A stretch of 64,000 nt of DNA from Octopus vulgaris (GCA_951406725.2 OX597814.1:74214001-74278000); one strand, 5' to 3'; positions 37,806-51,232 are shown, numbered from the stretch's first letter. The notes: a model not told the origin generated them from the letters alone. Program-made: numbers and translations.

Positions 37806-40584
37806 GTTTGTTTAATCAGTGTTCAAACAAGTTAAGCTGGTATCAGAAAGAAAACTGATTCACATGTTTCTTTGCTATATTCACTTCTATAATCTCCATT
37901 ATAACACCCTCAGCTCCTTTGAACTATTAAAATAAAATCATCTTCCAATGAAGTTCATTTGACTCATATCAGTCTTACAGTTTCACATTCAGGTCTCACA
38001 ATGTTTTTTCCCCCAGACATCAACCTACGTAAATTTAAGCTGAATATCAACAACATTAATCTCACTTGTCTGAGTGTTTGTTGCTTACTCTTTCTCTACC
38101 TGATTAATAACTGAGTAACTCAGTCTTATTTCATGTAAGTGTAGTAAACTTTAAAATTATTTTATGTAATTCATGAGATTTTGTTTCCTTAGTTATCCAA
38201 GAATTATCACAAAACCACAACAAATATTCAGTTTATGTTATTTACATCACCAGTTACCTATTTTGATTGATAACCTTAATCAGTGAAGTACTATTTGATT
38301 AAGATGAAGCTTGGTAGTATTTATTTCAGCATTTCATGACAAAAAATAACAGGCATAGCTGTTTGATCAGTAAGTTTCCGTTACAAGCATGTGGTTCAGA
38401 TTTGATCCTACTGTGAGAAACTTTGGGCAAATGTCTTATATCATAGCCTCATGTTGATCAATATCTAGTATGGAAGCCCATTTTATACATATGTATGTGC
38501 ATATATCTTTCATTTATATATATTGGTGAAAAGTATAACAATCAAGAAATCTGATAAACCAGTGCCACAAACCTTGTGGTATTTTTTTGCATCTGAGTTG
38601 CTCAGATGCTATTGTGCAGTGAAATAAGTGATTGTTTCATCAGAGACCTCTACTCAAGCAATGTTATTTAATAAAATGCAATAAAAAAAATTAATATTAG
38701 AACTGAATAAATAATCAATCTGAACTTAACAAAAAAACCTAGACCATAAAAAATAGAACTCAAAACATTTAGTAATGTAATAGAAATATTAAATTATGTT
38801 ATTTTGATTATTATATAAATTAGATAATTCAATTCAACCAGTTAAGTGGAGGACTTAAAAAAAATTGAAATAAGTGTAAATAATTTGAAGTATTGTCCAA
38901 AAGTTGTTAGCAAGTGCATGATAATAGAAGGATAATATAAAATAAAATGAAACAATATGTAAATGGAATTATTTCTATGTAATAAAAACATTTAATATAC
39001 TAGATACAAAATATAATTATAAATAATCATTTTATACAATTGTGAAGTGAGACATTTCATACTAATTAAGAATCAAAATTCTGAATTGATGTATACATAT
39101 CATTCAAGATTTGATAATTGATGATATATAGTGATTTGTCTAACAAGTTACTAAAAGTAACAACCATCATCAATGAAAAAAAAAATGCCCCTCTCTTTCT
39201 TACATTTATTACAAAGCTATGTAATCACACCTTACTATTTTTAAAGTCCTTAATTACTCCTTGAACTGAAAAATGTTACTAAAATATGAAGGTAGTATAT
39301 GTAAAGGTTTACTTCATTCTACTTAAATCTTTAAACTCAGTAACTGATAATCTTCTCATTGATTTCTAGTTTTCTTTTAATGTACAGTCATATGAGATAA
39401 CAATTTTGATTATTAGGCATCAAAAGTATTGTCATATCATAACAACATATTTTGTGCAAACTTCTTAGGTCTTTGGAAATTGTGTGAAACATTATATAAA
39501 CTATATGTTTTATATACACATTTTTCCAGTGAATGTTATAGTTTAAGTGGAGGTGTCAACAACAGAAATAAGCTCTAACCTGAAACACTATATCTGGAAG
39601 AAAACATTCAAATAAACTTAAATAAACATGGAATTTGGTAACTATATATATATATATATATAATCAGATCACTGCTTTATCTTAAACTTCAAAGGCTTTT
39701 ACTAGTAGCCAAAGAACAACTGTATTGCTATACTGCTTCTTATAAATCCAAGTGAATCAATAATGGATAACAAATTTTAAAAATAAAAAAGATGACCTTG
39801 AAAAAATATTTTAACATCTAATATTTTAATTCCAATTCTTGTAAATAGTAAAACCAAAATTTTCATTTATTTATTTACATTACTTTTAATAAATCTCTTC
39901 AAATATTTAAGAGATTTAATTGTTATTTCAGAATGTTTGTATCATTAATTACAACTAAATTCATACATTTAAGAATCAGGTGGTAAAACTCTAAATATTT
40001 ACAGCTTTAAAAAGGAATTGAAAAATCCAACTGGAAAAAAAAAACCTTTATTAAACAAAAAAATTTTTTAAATAAAAAATTATGCATGGTTGGTAAAATA
40101 TCAAAAATTAAAGTTACTATGAAAAATCTTATTAGCACTATAGCATTGCTGAAGACTATGTCTCTGGATTTACTTGTGCCATATTTCTGGAATATAGAAA
40201 TTCCATTCAAGTATTCTATAAAATTGCAGTTTACAAGATAAAATTATATTTATTAGGTGAGAGATTCCAATTTTCTCAACCAAACAGCTGTGTAAAGTTC
40301 TTTTTCAAAACTTAAGATTTCAGGGTGAGGAACAATAATAATATATTCAATAGAAATTATTCATAAGCAGTAATAAATACTAGATAATAGAAAAGAATAA
40401 ATTTCTATGATATTCCAACAAAGTAAAATTGGTTATATTAAAGAAACTCAAGACATATATCAAGCTTTATATGTTTTCCTGTCAAACTTGAATATGCTTT
40501 CCGACATCATTATTTGTTTTAGTCAAAGAACCACAATAAGAAGTTTACAAAACATCATTTTGTATATATCATATACCATCAGTA

Positions 40585-41052
40585 TCAAAGTTCTGTAATT
40601 TGGTATTTCATTGAAGATTTTACAGGAGACGAAGGTGCTTTTTGATCATATGGTCTTTGTGATGATTGATAATTGTTTGATAGCAAATACTGTTCTTGGC
40701 CAGAGCTAAAATTGTGAGTATTAGTGTTAGCACCATTTGCATCTCCTACAGTACTATTGCTGCAATATGAGCCACGATAACCAGCCGGCGTATTCATACG
40801 TGGAGCTGTAAGAACACTGATTGTGGCAGGAGCAAAATCTCCAACAGTTCCACCAAAAGAGCCACCTGGAGAATCCACTTTAGAGTTTTCACTATTTATA
40901 GTTTTAATAAGCTGAGTAACAGGATCAATGCAAAACTGCTCATCGGGATAGCGGGCATTGAGGCGTTTTATGTGACAATCTCGGCAGAGCAATGTATTCT
41001 GGTATGGATAGCATCGCTTATCAGGTTCATCTGTAAGTTGCATACCACAATC
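40585..41052 (-). CDS. WTIP: Ajuba-family/WTIP-like LIM protein, terminal coding exon (second half of LIM3 plus C-terminal tail)
   Basis: Acceptor ttcttacAG; DCGMQLTDEPDKRCYP..LLCRDCHIKRL matches Ajuba/WTIP LIM3; ends YQITEL*, like the WTIP VTEL terminus. Confidence 0.92.
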   Translation of the reverse strand, partial: DCGMQLTDEPDKRCYPYQNTLLCRDCHIKRLNARYPDEQFCIDPVTQLIKTINSENSKVDSPGGSFGGTVGDFAPATISVLTAPRMNTPAGYRGSYCSNSTVGDANGANTNTHNFSSGQEQYLLSNNYQSSQRPYDQKAPSSPVKSSMKYQITEL

Positions 41053-42205
41053 CTGTAAGAATGAAAGAAAACAGAAATAAGTTAATTTATGTATAAATTA
41101 ACTTTCAAACAACTTTGAAAATATTCTTTGTTTTAATTTAAAGCCGAGCAGTATAGTTGAATGAATTATCTTTAGTATTTTAATAGTGTATGGTGAAGAA
41201 AAGTTTAAGCTGACACTGGAAGGATTTGACTTTAAAACTAACAGGATGATACATATTATAATGTGTTTGTTTGGTCTTACATTGTCTGAAAATAATCATT
41301 TCTTGTGAAACATTATGATGAACTTCCATAAGTAATTTCTTGAAGAATACACAAGTTAGCAGTATTTAAAATAATATTTTTGTCCATTTCACAAAACAAA
41401 AAAATGTGAAATGGACACTACTTAGTTAATAGTAGTATATTATATTTCACAACTAATCATTCATTAAGTCTTAGTCTCTTTTATAATCTACTAAAGCCAA
41501 TTTTGAAGGCATGCAGCAATAACTTGGATCAAGTTATGCCATGCCAAATATAGGAATCAAATTCAATGAATGTTGACTATATGTAAGATATACAAGCACA
41601 AAGAAGAATACTGTCAGTGGAATTATTTAAATGATTCTGTTAACGTAATATATAAATACATATGAGATGCCTGGAATATCTAATCATCTCACTTTCAATG
41701 ATTTTTAATTGGTATCACTCCTCAATGAAGAATGCTACTAGAGTTTCCTTAAAACAAGGAGGAAAAGTTCAAGGGGAGATAGGGGTTTAAAGAAAGAAGT
41801 GAAAAGTAAATAACTAATCAAAAGAAATAAATAACAGCAGGGCTACTTGTTGAGAGAAAACCAGTTTAATTGAGAAGTACTGAAAAAGTAGGAGGATATC
41901 CTTCCTAACATCTAAAAATACATAACTGCAACTAGAAAGATGTAGGAGCATAAAAGATTGCTTTTTGACTTTCTGGTTGGTGATATCCCAAAAGAGTCAT
42001 AGATATGCCCTTTTTCTGATCAACATAATCTTTACAAAACCTTTCACACCTAATTTTGTCCATTTTTCAGTCAGTAATACTGTAAATTATTTGACTTTTC
42101 ATAGCAAAAGTTACTTCACAATAAGTGTTCACCACTATTAACATTTAAATGAGACTAGTGAGAGCTACATGCCCTCATCTCAACCATAATAGTTGAACTA
42201 ATTTT

Positions 42206-43299
42206 GGATCTGTTCAATTTGGTTCACACATTTTTTACTTAATTTTTTTCTTTTTTAACTAAACAGTTTGAAACTTCATACACTAGTGGAATGTCTCACA
42301 CAGAACAGTTCACTTTGAACATTTTTCACAAAATTTGGTATTAAAGTAGTTGTATTTGGGTAAGTTCAACCAATCAATGTGTATTCAGTTGAAGAAAGCT
42401 ACTGCTGTTTGCGATAGCAATCGAAGAGGAACAACTTCCGGGTATCTCTACTAAATGTTACCACTCTGTTTTATTTTATTTTTTGTTTACTGCCTCTGTT
42501 GCAAATTACATGCTTTTTTTTTTGTTTGGTTCTCGAGTTGGAGTAAGCAGTAAACATTGAAGAATGAACACCAAGAAGGAAGAAATATTATTTACATATA
42601 TTTATTCATTTGTCCAACATCAGTGTTTTATCCATACATAAAGTGCACCAGTGTTTAAAAGACCTATCGAGCTACAAGTCCACAGCTAGCGTTTTTTGTT
42701 GTTGACATGTATGTAGTTTCAAAATGCCTTATTTTACAACTATGAGATGTATTGTTATTGTCATAATTTTATATTACTATAATCAACAACACATTACATC
42801 ATGATGAACTTCCATAAGTAATTTCTTATTTATTATATTAAAAATAACATTATCAAAACATGAAGGTGAAACAAAACAAATAGCGGCTTATACACTGGAA
42901 AATACAGTAATTGCTGGTTGTTCATTGATAGTGTAGAAGGGAGGGAAAGAATAAGGAATGTAAGGTGCTGACTAGAAAGGAAAAGATAAAGGTGACATCG
43001 TCTTCGCTCAACATACAAATAGATCAGAGTGGTGACATTAAGTAGAGATGGCTGGGAAGTTGTTTCTCTTCAATTACTATTGCAAATATCAGTAGCTTTC
43101 TTCAACAGAACACACGTTGATCGGTTGAAATTACCCAAATACAACAAACACGAAATAACTTCTAAACTACCAAATTTCGTCAAAAATGTTCTAAGTAAGC
43201 CATGTTCTGCATGAGACATTCCACCAGTATATGAAGTTTCAAACTGTTTAGTTTAAAAAAATTAAGTTAAAAAATCTGTGCGCCGAACTGAACAGATCC
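42206..43299. mobile_element. GGATC-ended MITE, divergent family with ~270-bp TIRs
   Basis: ggatctgttca...ccactctg vs cagagtgg...tgaacagatcc; shares the aactaaaca.ttt.aaacttc.ta.act.gt.gaatgt subterminal motif with the other GGATC MITEs; TSD not preserved. Confidence 0.8.
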
Positions 43300-43405
43300 A
43301 TTACTGAATCCCAGCATTCTTATTGAAAATGAGTTATATAAATTCATCAGCATTATCCTTTTTTATTTTTAAGATCACAAAACATGTAAAATAGTATTTT
43401 ATTTC

Positions 43406-43467
<62 letters not shown>

Positions 43468-46400
43468 ATATATATATATTTAAGTTGATAGTTCATTTTT
43501 TTTTTGTTCAGATATATATGGTGGTATCTGATCTAGTCAGGGGTCTGCAGCAGTGAAGTTAAAACACCTCTTAAAAGGTAAGAAACCAAATCCAAAATGC
43601 AGGAAAAATACAATCAGACACATGCAGAAAAGAGTTTCAAGCCAAATTTCACAATCTTTACATAAATAACAGTATACCAGTACTTGCCAATATTTTTCCT
43701 GGTTGTTTTTGTTCTTTACAATCTAAAAATATATTGTTCTTCCTATCTTCCACACTAAAGTTGGTAAAGATAAGGTATTTCTCCTTTGTGATGAGATACG
43801 AGTTCCACAAAATTTATCCGTATTTTGGACATCTATATTTTTAAGTATCAGACTGTATTACACGAGATTGGATAATGAGAATGATTTACATATGTTAAAG
43901 AAACTAATCTGTTTAATTTATTTAAACAAAAATATGAAATGTAAATTATAAGGGAGACAACTTCAGAAATAATTCTGTTGATAATTATTGATCGGTATGA
44001 AGTTAACTCCCCTGAACCACACTGCTTCCAGCTGAGTCTCCTGATAGTTCATTGTAACTTAGTGAATGCTTTAAATACAGCGCTATGTACAAATAATGAG
44101 TGAACTAATTTCAACAACTAACTGAATGTAAAGTAAGACTTCCGTTTCCAATTTTTCAAAAGACATTCATTTAAATATAAAGAGAACACATGGTCCAACA
44201 AGAAATAAAGAATTAATGACATGAAAAGGAAATAATTTAAGTTACTTAATTCTAATAAATTCTCTAAACAGATTTCAGATTTGATCAGCAATCTTTCTTC
44301 AAAAATAATGTAATAAAGAAAAACACCTAGCATGGTTAGATTTAAGAGGCTAGAAATAAGGCAGTAAAAGAATATTCTCAAAAGAAACATGTATTACAAA
44401 TCTAAATATAGTGTTTTCTTTTATTTCTTAAATAAGGAAGAAACCTGAAGATTTCAAAAGATGAAGAAAGGAATTATGATATACATGCCTTTCACAAAGT
44501 TATTGACAAACGATGAGAATCTCAACCAAGAACAAATCTCAGCCAGAGATATATGGTGAGCTAGGCAAAACTTTAAATATTGGCTGAATATAATCACACA
44601 CATGCACACACACACACACACCATAGCTAACTTGATTTTAAAAGAATGAAATAACCAAACGTGGAATAATTTTTTTTAAGGAGGAAAAACATAGATAAAA
44701 AAAAAACAATTGTTAGAATGAAAGCCAAATTTGACTAAAGTTTAAATGTCAATCCCTGAAAGCTTTTGTTATACAACTAAAGAGAAATAGCAACACAAGG
44801 CTAACAACATTTCTCATAGTGACCTCAAACAAAAAGTAGTAAGTTTATTAATCAGGTAATAACCATGCCAATAATGTTTGAATTGCAATTAGTTTAGCAA
44901 CAAGGAAACTGTAGCTATTCACTAGTGTGAGGTAAAGAAAAAAAAAAGAAAGATTCATGAAATGTTTAAAAAAAACAGAATTCAACAATAATACATGCTA
45001 TATGTTATAGAGTAACTCAACAGGTGATAGTTTACTGTTTAATTCTGTCTTGAAAGCTGTAAATATGGATAGAAACATCTTTTGTTAATGTATTTAATAG
45101 TTTATACATCATGATACTAGTAATAAATTGACTAGCTTAGTAACTGTTGATAGAATGTAAATAATTACATTTATTTATAGCATAAATATAGCATTGATTT
45201 ACCCCGAGTGAAAATAATTTCCAAATTTATTTGATATTTAAAACAAATAAAACATTTGAACTGGTTAACTGATACAAGATTATTTTAAAACGATAAAAGG
45301 AAAAAAAATCGTGTGGTAAAAAATAATTATCCTTTTAAAACCCATACAGATGCATGGGATTAGGTTTTTGCTCTGGCTCTTGTAGTTATATGTATGAGAT
45401 ACATCCTTTTCAGGGCATGACTCTAAAGTTGACAAGCAATCAAAACTAGACACAAACTGGACAAAATCTTACATGTAAAATTCACAAATCAGAGCTGATT
45501 ACTCAAGAGAAGCAAAGGTAGGGGGAAAAGTATTGCACTGTGCACATTTCTGAGACAAGGTTTGAAACTGTGGATATAACTGTAGACATCAAGCTGGGAA
45601 GAACGTATTTCCAGTATGAAACAGATTTAGAATGACTTAGGGAACTACTTAAAGAGCAACAATTGTATAAAAGACACAAATCTGAAGCTATATGGAGTAT
45701 GTCTGTCTATCATGGATAAATGCTTCACAGAGCATACTCAACCAATTCATTGCAGGCTCAATTGATACTGCAAGAAAGATCACCACCAACACCTTTTATC
45801 ACTCAAATGCAGTAAACCAGTGATTGGATAACTAGAACCCTATTTATAAACAAATTTCAAATTAAGGATGAACTAATTTCTTAAAGCAATAAAGTTTGCC
45901 TGAATTAAATATGGGCTTTTGATTTATCTCATTATTCACAGTAAATTCAAATATATACACGACAGTATAAAAGATGCCAACATTGAAAGATTAACAAAAT
46001 CCTTATCCCTGAAAGCCTCTAAAAAAATATTAAAATGATGAACTTGATAGACAAATATTTCTGAGTGGTACCCTCTTATTTGAAACAAGCAAGTCATATG
46101 TAACACAGGTGTTGCTCAGGGTGTTTACCTTTCAATAAGGCACTATGGTATAGCAAATGCTATCTATCACAACGTTGAAATGACAACAGATTTCCTCAAC
46201 AGCTTTGAATGCACCAATAATTCTAAAGACAAGAACATTGATGGACAATTCTGGTAAAAATTCAATCAATTAAAGGTTTAATAGATTAAATACAGTTTTT
46301 TGGACAGAATATGAAAATGTACACTACTGCAGAGTGAGTTCTGCAGCTAATGTAAATGTCATATCAAAATTCAATGATAACAATATATAGTTTCAACTGG

Positions 46401-46712
46401 TGCACTTAGTTGTATCTTCAAATGTTAGCAGTCACTTTGAGAAGTTGGAGTTCATTTTCAAAAAATTGAATCAGATAAAGGTGATCAACTTCATTGAATT
46501 CAATTAAAATATGAAAAACGTTTTGACAGCAATTGTTACACAAAATGCACTTCTTAACTGGAAATGAATTCTCACTGCATCTCATAGTAGAAATTATGTA
46601 TCTACACACACAAACAAACACACACAACTTGTATAAATCATATTGAGGGATGTAAGTAACTAATATGAAGAAGAAACTTTTATTAACAGAAACAAATTGT
46701 CCATTAACTCAC

Positions 46713-46781
46713 CTCGCAATGGTAGCAGTCAACATGGAAATCCCTATCCATTGACACAACACGAACTGTTTCTTCAGTGCC
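46713..46781 (-). CDS. WTIP: WTIP-like internal exon (LIM3)
   Basis: 69 nt, cttcAG|...|GTgagt; GTEETVRVVSMDRDFHVDCYHCE; in phase with both neighbouring exons. Confidence 0.93.
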
Positions 46782-47791
46782 CTGAAGGTAAAATTAGACA
46801 ATTTTTTTTACATGTGAATATGAAACTATATTCATTAAAATTTATTCAAAAGAAATATATAATAAAAATTATTTACCAAAACTCATAGTAATTCATTTTA
46901 CTTTTAAAATATAGAATTAGTATTCCTTTTCCTCAATAGCAATAAAAATATGTCAAAACTAACAGCTAAATCAGGCAGGAGTTAGTAAATTGCAGCCCAC
47001 AGGACTTTCTGAATGGCATGCCTTAACAAAAAATTATCTCTGAATTTTTTTTTTAGTTGTGAGGCCCACCTGATGATGAGTGAAGTGACACAATTCACAA
47101 AATGGTTGCCAATATATGAGCTAAATATTTCATCGCAATTATTTTAGAAGATAAATGCAAAATTCATTTACAATCAAGACATACATAACATAAACATGAA
47201 AAAAATTTCAATGAGCATTATTGAAACTTTTTCATGTATATACTACTAATGACTATTCTAGACAAGTAAGCCTGATCATGATGCTTGCTAATGGAGGTGT
47301 TTTCACTGGATATATATTTATTAGTTAAAACACATTACTTTCTTTAGAAAAATAATATTAATTTCAATAGACACCAAACCAACCTCCCTACCTTTTCCTT
47401 TCTGGTATCTATGTATATCACTACATCCATAACATTGTCTAAGGAAGTGAGTTGAAAAATACTAAACAGTGTAGGGAAGCCATCTGTGCACTACAGCAGC
47501 ATTTGGATATGTTTAAATGATAATTTATATGTTCAAAATATACCCAGATGGATAACATGTTTCTGAACTTTGAAAGAAAGAAAGAAATAGAAGGGGACAC
47601 ATTAATTTAGCAGTCCTTGAGTTTAGAAAGTTATTCTAGTTTTTAGCAATTTGCATTTAATATCATTTTGCTTTGCAGCCACTGAAAATTTTTGTATTTC
47701 ATTCTAGAGTTATGTCCATGACTAAATTCTTCTCAATCATTCATTTTTGTGGTTACACACACATATATGCACACACACATATGCATATATA

Positions 47792-48900
47792 CACAGACAT
47801 GACAGAAGTAAATAGACACTCTTATAATCATTAAAATTTATTTAAATCTAAAATTATACATTCAAATTACTTATTAGTTGTTATAATGTGAATATTTAAT
47901 ATTGAATTTTTCAATGCATGGACCTATTAGGCATGTTTCTGATCAGATGATGAATATTCTCTTGCAGAATTTCTTGTCAAGTTTCATGCAGTAATCTCAA
48001 AAGATCTGGCTTTGAAGATGCTTTCTTATTCTTTTTATGAAGTGTCCTGTCGTTTATGTTGCAGAGGTGTTCAATAGGGGTCATATCTGGTGACTGGCTT
48101 GGGCACGGAAGCTTTTAATGCCATTCTCAAACAAATCTTGTGTTGTTTTAGTTGTGTGACAAGGAACCCCATCTTCCATAAATAAAGAGTTTTCTTTAAT
48201 CATTTCACCACCGGAGAAGAATGGAAAGAGTCCTTTCTGCAATATGGACACATATCTATCTGAGTTTATGTTTCCTTCACACTCCAAATTGCTCCCCAGA
48301 CCATCACAGAACAGCTGCTGTGTTTCACTGTTGGTTGCAATTTTTTCACATCAAATTCTTGATCACAGAGTCTCCTGACACACAATCGACCAGTGTCAGG
48401 AAATACAGCAAATCTGGACTCATCAGAGAATATGACAGTGTTCTAAAATGCTAGTGGCCTCTCCATCTCACTGGCCCAATCTTTTCTCCACTTGATGTTG
48501 GCTGGTCAAAGAAGTGGCTCCCTTCTTGCCACTCTGCCATAGTAACCAAGTTTATGGAGATACCTGACAGCTGTTCTGGGACTGACATCAACTTGTTTGG
48601 CTATGTCAGAAGTCTTGCAACAAGGATTATCCTCCACACTTCTCTTACCAAAGAGAAGTGTCCTGTCAGAGGGCCCTAGTTGCTCTGGGCAAGGTGATGT
48701 GGATTCCTTCCCTTTGTTGAATTGCACAATCACTCAATTAACTGTAGAAAGAAGGATCCCAAGATTTTCTGCGATTTTACACTGACTATGTCCACCTTCA
48801 GAATGTCACATAATACAGCCTCTTTGAAATTCAGACAGTTCCAAGGGTTCTATTAAAATGTTATGTAAGAAATAGCTTTAATGAGCTGACAATTCATCGT
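47792..48900 (-). mobile_element. Tc1-like transposon with pseudogenised DD34E transposase
   Basis: Fragments VSPRTAVRYLHKLGYYGRVARREP, IFSDES, CEGNINSDRYVSIL, FMEDGVPCH and QSPDM.PIE across frameshifts. Confidence 0.85.
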
Positions 48901-49040
48901 ATGTTATTATTCATTTGATATCCATATATATATATGGATATATATATAGTTAATCCAAACATGAACAAAGAGAAAACACAACAACGTGAGGACACAACAA
49001 CGTGTTATTGGACGCTCAGGAAAGGAAAGAAAGAAGGAGG

Positions 49041-49075
49041 ATTTAACGTTTTAAGTGGAGCTCTTTGTCAGAAAT
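49041..49075 (-). ncRNA. Minimal hammerhead-like motif (decayed)
   Basis: AUUU-CUGACAA-A-GAGC-UCC-ACUU-AAAACGU-U-AAAU. Confidence 0.5.
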
Positions 49076-49225
49076 ATAGAAAAAAGGAAAAATCCAAGGA
49101 AGGGAAGATGGAGAACAAAAAAAAAAAAATCGCCTTAGGTACATATGCGGTCACATTGAAATTTATATATATATATATGGATATATATATATTTCTCCGT
49201 CTTCCCTTCTTTGGACTTTTTCTAT

Positions 49226-49260
49226 ATTTCTGACGAAGAGCTCCGCTTGAAACATGAAAT
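49226..49260 (+). ncRNA. Minimal hammerhead-like motif
   Basis: AUUU-CUGACGA-A-GAGC-UCC-GCUU-GAAACAU-G-AAAU; the cleavage-site region is mutated. Confidence 0.6.
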
Positions 49261-49380
49261 CCTCTTTCTTTTCTTTCCTTTCCTGAGTGTCCAATAACAC
49301 TTATTTCACGTCTTCGCGTTGTTGGTTTTTTTTTGCTTGTTCATGTTTGGATTAGTTATATATATATATATATATATATA

Positions 49381-50662
49381 TGGCCCTGCTCAATCTTTAG
49401 AAAAGGCATAGGTAGAAACTCCATAAGATGAACCCAGTGTAAGCTATGGACACATAAGAGGTGCAACAATATCAAAGGGAGGCTAACTGGGAAGATAGTT
49501 TTTGTATGTGGCAAATGCTCAGATGCTATAAACAAAGAAAATGTGCAGAGAACAGCTTCCGCCTCATTCCAGGGAGAAAAACTAAATGTAGTTGATAGCT
49601 TCTGTTACCTAGCCGACCAAGTCAGTAGCAGGGGTGGATGCTCTGAAAGGGTAGCTGCGAAAATAAGAATAGCCTGGGCAAAATTCAGAGAGCTCTTACC
49701 TCTGCTGGTGACAAAGGGCCTCTTGCTCAGAGTAAAAGATAGACTGTATGACATGTGTGCAAACTGCCATGCTACATGGCAGCGAAACATGGACCGTGAC
49801 TGCTGAGGACATGCATAAGCTTGCAAGGTATGAAGCCAGTATGCTCCGTAATGTCAGTGTGCATACACAACAGAGTGTAAGTGCCCTGAGAGAAAAGTTG
49901 GATCTAAGAAGCATCAGGTGTGGTGTGCAAGAGAGATGATTGCGCTGGTATGGTCATGTGTTGCGAATGAATGAGGATAGCTGTGTGAAAAAGTGTCACA
50001 CCCTAGCAGTTGAGGGAACCTGTGGAAGAGGTAGACCCAGGAAAATCTGGGATGAGGTAGTGAAGCACGACCTTCAAACATTGGGCCATACCGAGGCAAT
50101 GACTAGTGACTGAGACCTTTGGAGATATGCTGTGCTTGAGAAGACCTGACAAGCCAAGTGAGGCCATAGCCCATGGCCTATGCCAGTGAGTGTAACCAGC
50201 CCATTTATGAACACCCCTCATTCATTGGACAATAAACCTTGCTTGTGAAGACCTATTGAGGCAAGTGAAATCAAAATCAGAATTGCTGGTGTGGCCAACG
50301 ACAGGACCGCCTGATTGGCACTCGTGCCAGTGGAACATTAAAAGCACATCTGAAAGTGGAGTGTAACCAGCCCACTTATGAGCATCCCTTATTCATTGAG
50401 CAATGAACTTTGCTTGTGAAGACCTATTGAGGCAAGTGTAAATGAATCAAAATTGCTGACGTGGTTGCTGACAGTACCGCCTGATTGGCACTCATGCCAG
50501 TGGAACGTTAAAAGAAGCATATCCGAGTATGATCGTTGCCAAGGACACAGCTGTAGAAACTTTGCCAGATCAGACTGACCCTGGTGCAGCCTCTGGCTCA
50601 CCAGTCCTGAGTCAAACTACACAACCCATGCCAGCATGGATAGCGGATGTTAAACGATGATG

Positions 50663-50663
<1 letters not shown>
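49381..50663 (+). mobile_element. 5'-truncated RTE LINE flanked by (TA)n, with ~170-bp duplication in the 3'UTR
   Basis: VVDSFCYL, AWAKFRELLPLL, MLHGSETW, LRWYGHV motifs; 50188-50350 repeated at 50360-50520; ends ttaaacgatgatga. Confidence 0.88.
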
Positions 50664-50693
<30 letters not shown>

Positions 50694-50729
50694 TATATAA
50701 ACACATACACACACATCTATATATATATA

Positions 50730-50900
50730 TTGATAGAAATGGTAAGACAACAAAAGAATGAAAAAGACCTCGATATTATGTAAATAGAGGAATTTATCTG
50801 TAAATGTAATATGTGACAATTATTTGGTAGCCATGATAAAACTCCGAGTTTTGGATGTCGGTGCGGAAATCCACGCTGCCATCTCTTCAGTTATCAGGCC
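50730..50900 (-). mobile_element. Penelope-like terminal-repeat fragment abutting (TA)n
   Basis: Contains a hammerhead-like motif; the T-rich 3' part (minus strand) runs directly into (TA)n. Confidence 0.55.
50835..50895 (-). ncRNA. Type-I hammerhead-like motif with long stem II
   Basis: GAUAA-CUGAAGA-GAUGGCAGCGUGGA-UU-UCCGCACCGACAUC-C-AAAACUCGGAGU-U-UUAUC. Confidence 0.65.
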
Positions 50901-51180
50901 ATTGGAAAGAAAAGAAAAAAAAGGATGACATTGTTGAGGTCAGTTCAGCCACATTTTTAACTGACTCAATGTTACATACCTAATTTAATGGGCATATTGC
51001 AGCATTTTTACAAGGACATTCTAGTTTACAAGTAATGAACAGGAGATGAAACTATAGCTAACTTTAAAATAGTTTCTATTGAAGATCTTTTTATGGCAAC
51101 GGTCAATCCCAGCCTACAAAAATAGATTCAAAAGCTATTCAGTGAAGATTTCAGTAAAATTATATATCATAAATACATAC

Positions 51181-51232
51181 CTCAACAGGTGTGATTGCTT
51201 GACCACAGGCTGCACACTTTGGAGCATAAATC
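51181..51232 (-). CDS. WTIP: WTIP-like internal exon (LIM2/LIM3 junction)
   Basis: 52 nt, acttacAG|G ATT TAT GCT CCA AAG TGT...GAG|GTatgt; IYAPKCAACGQAITPVE. Confidence 0.92.

Larger units (their letters stand above)
48945..49360. mobile_element. Inverted pair of Penelope-like terminal-repeat fragments in (TA)n
   Basis: 48948-49114 is the reverse complement of 49192-49357; each copy has a hammerhead-like core. Confidence 0.7.

Noticed and set aside
41315-42828. 27-bp direct repeat atgatgaacttccataagtaatttctt at ~41315 and ~42801 with a C-box-like ATGATGA
   Set aside because: No shared D box or terminal stem; likely a short captured or repeat fragment.
47070-47110. Sixth hammerhead-like motif (CTGATGA..GTGAA/TTCAC..AAAAT)
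   Set aside because: Core spacing is off, there is no convincing stem I or III, and no adjacent (TA)n; too decayed to support.
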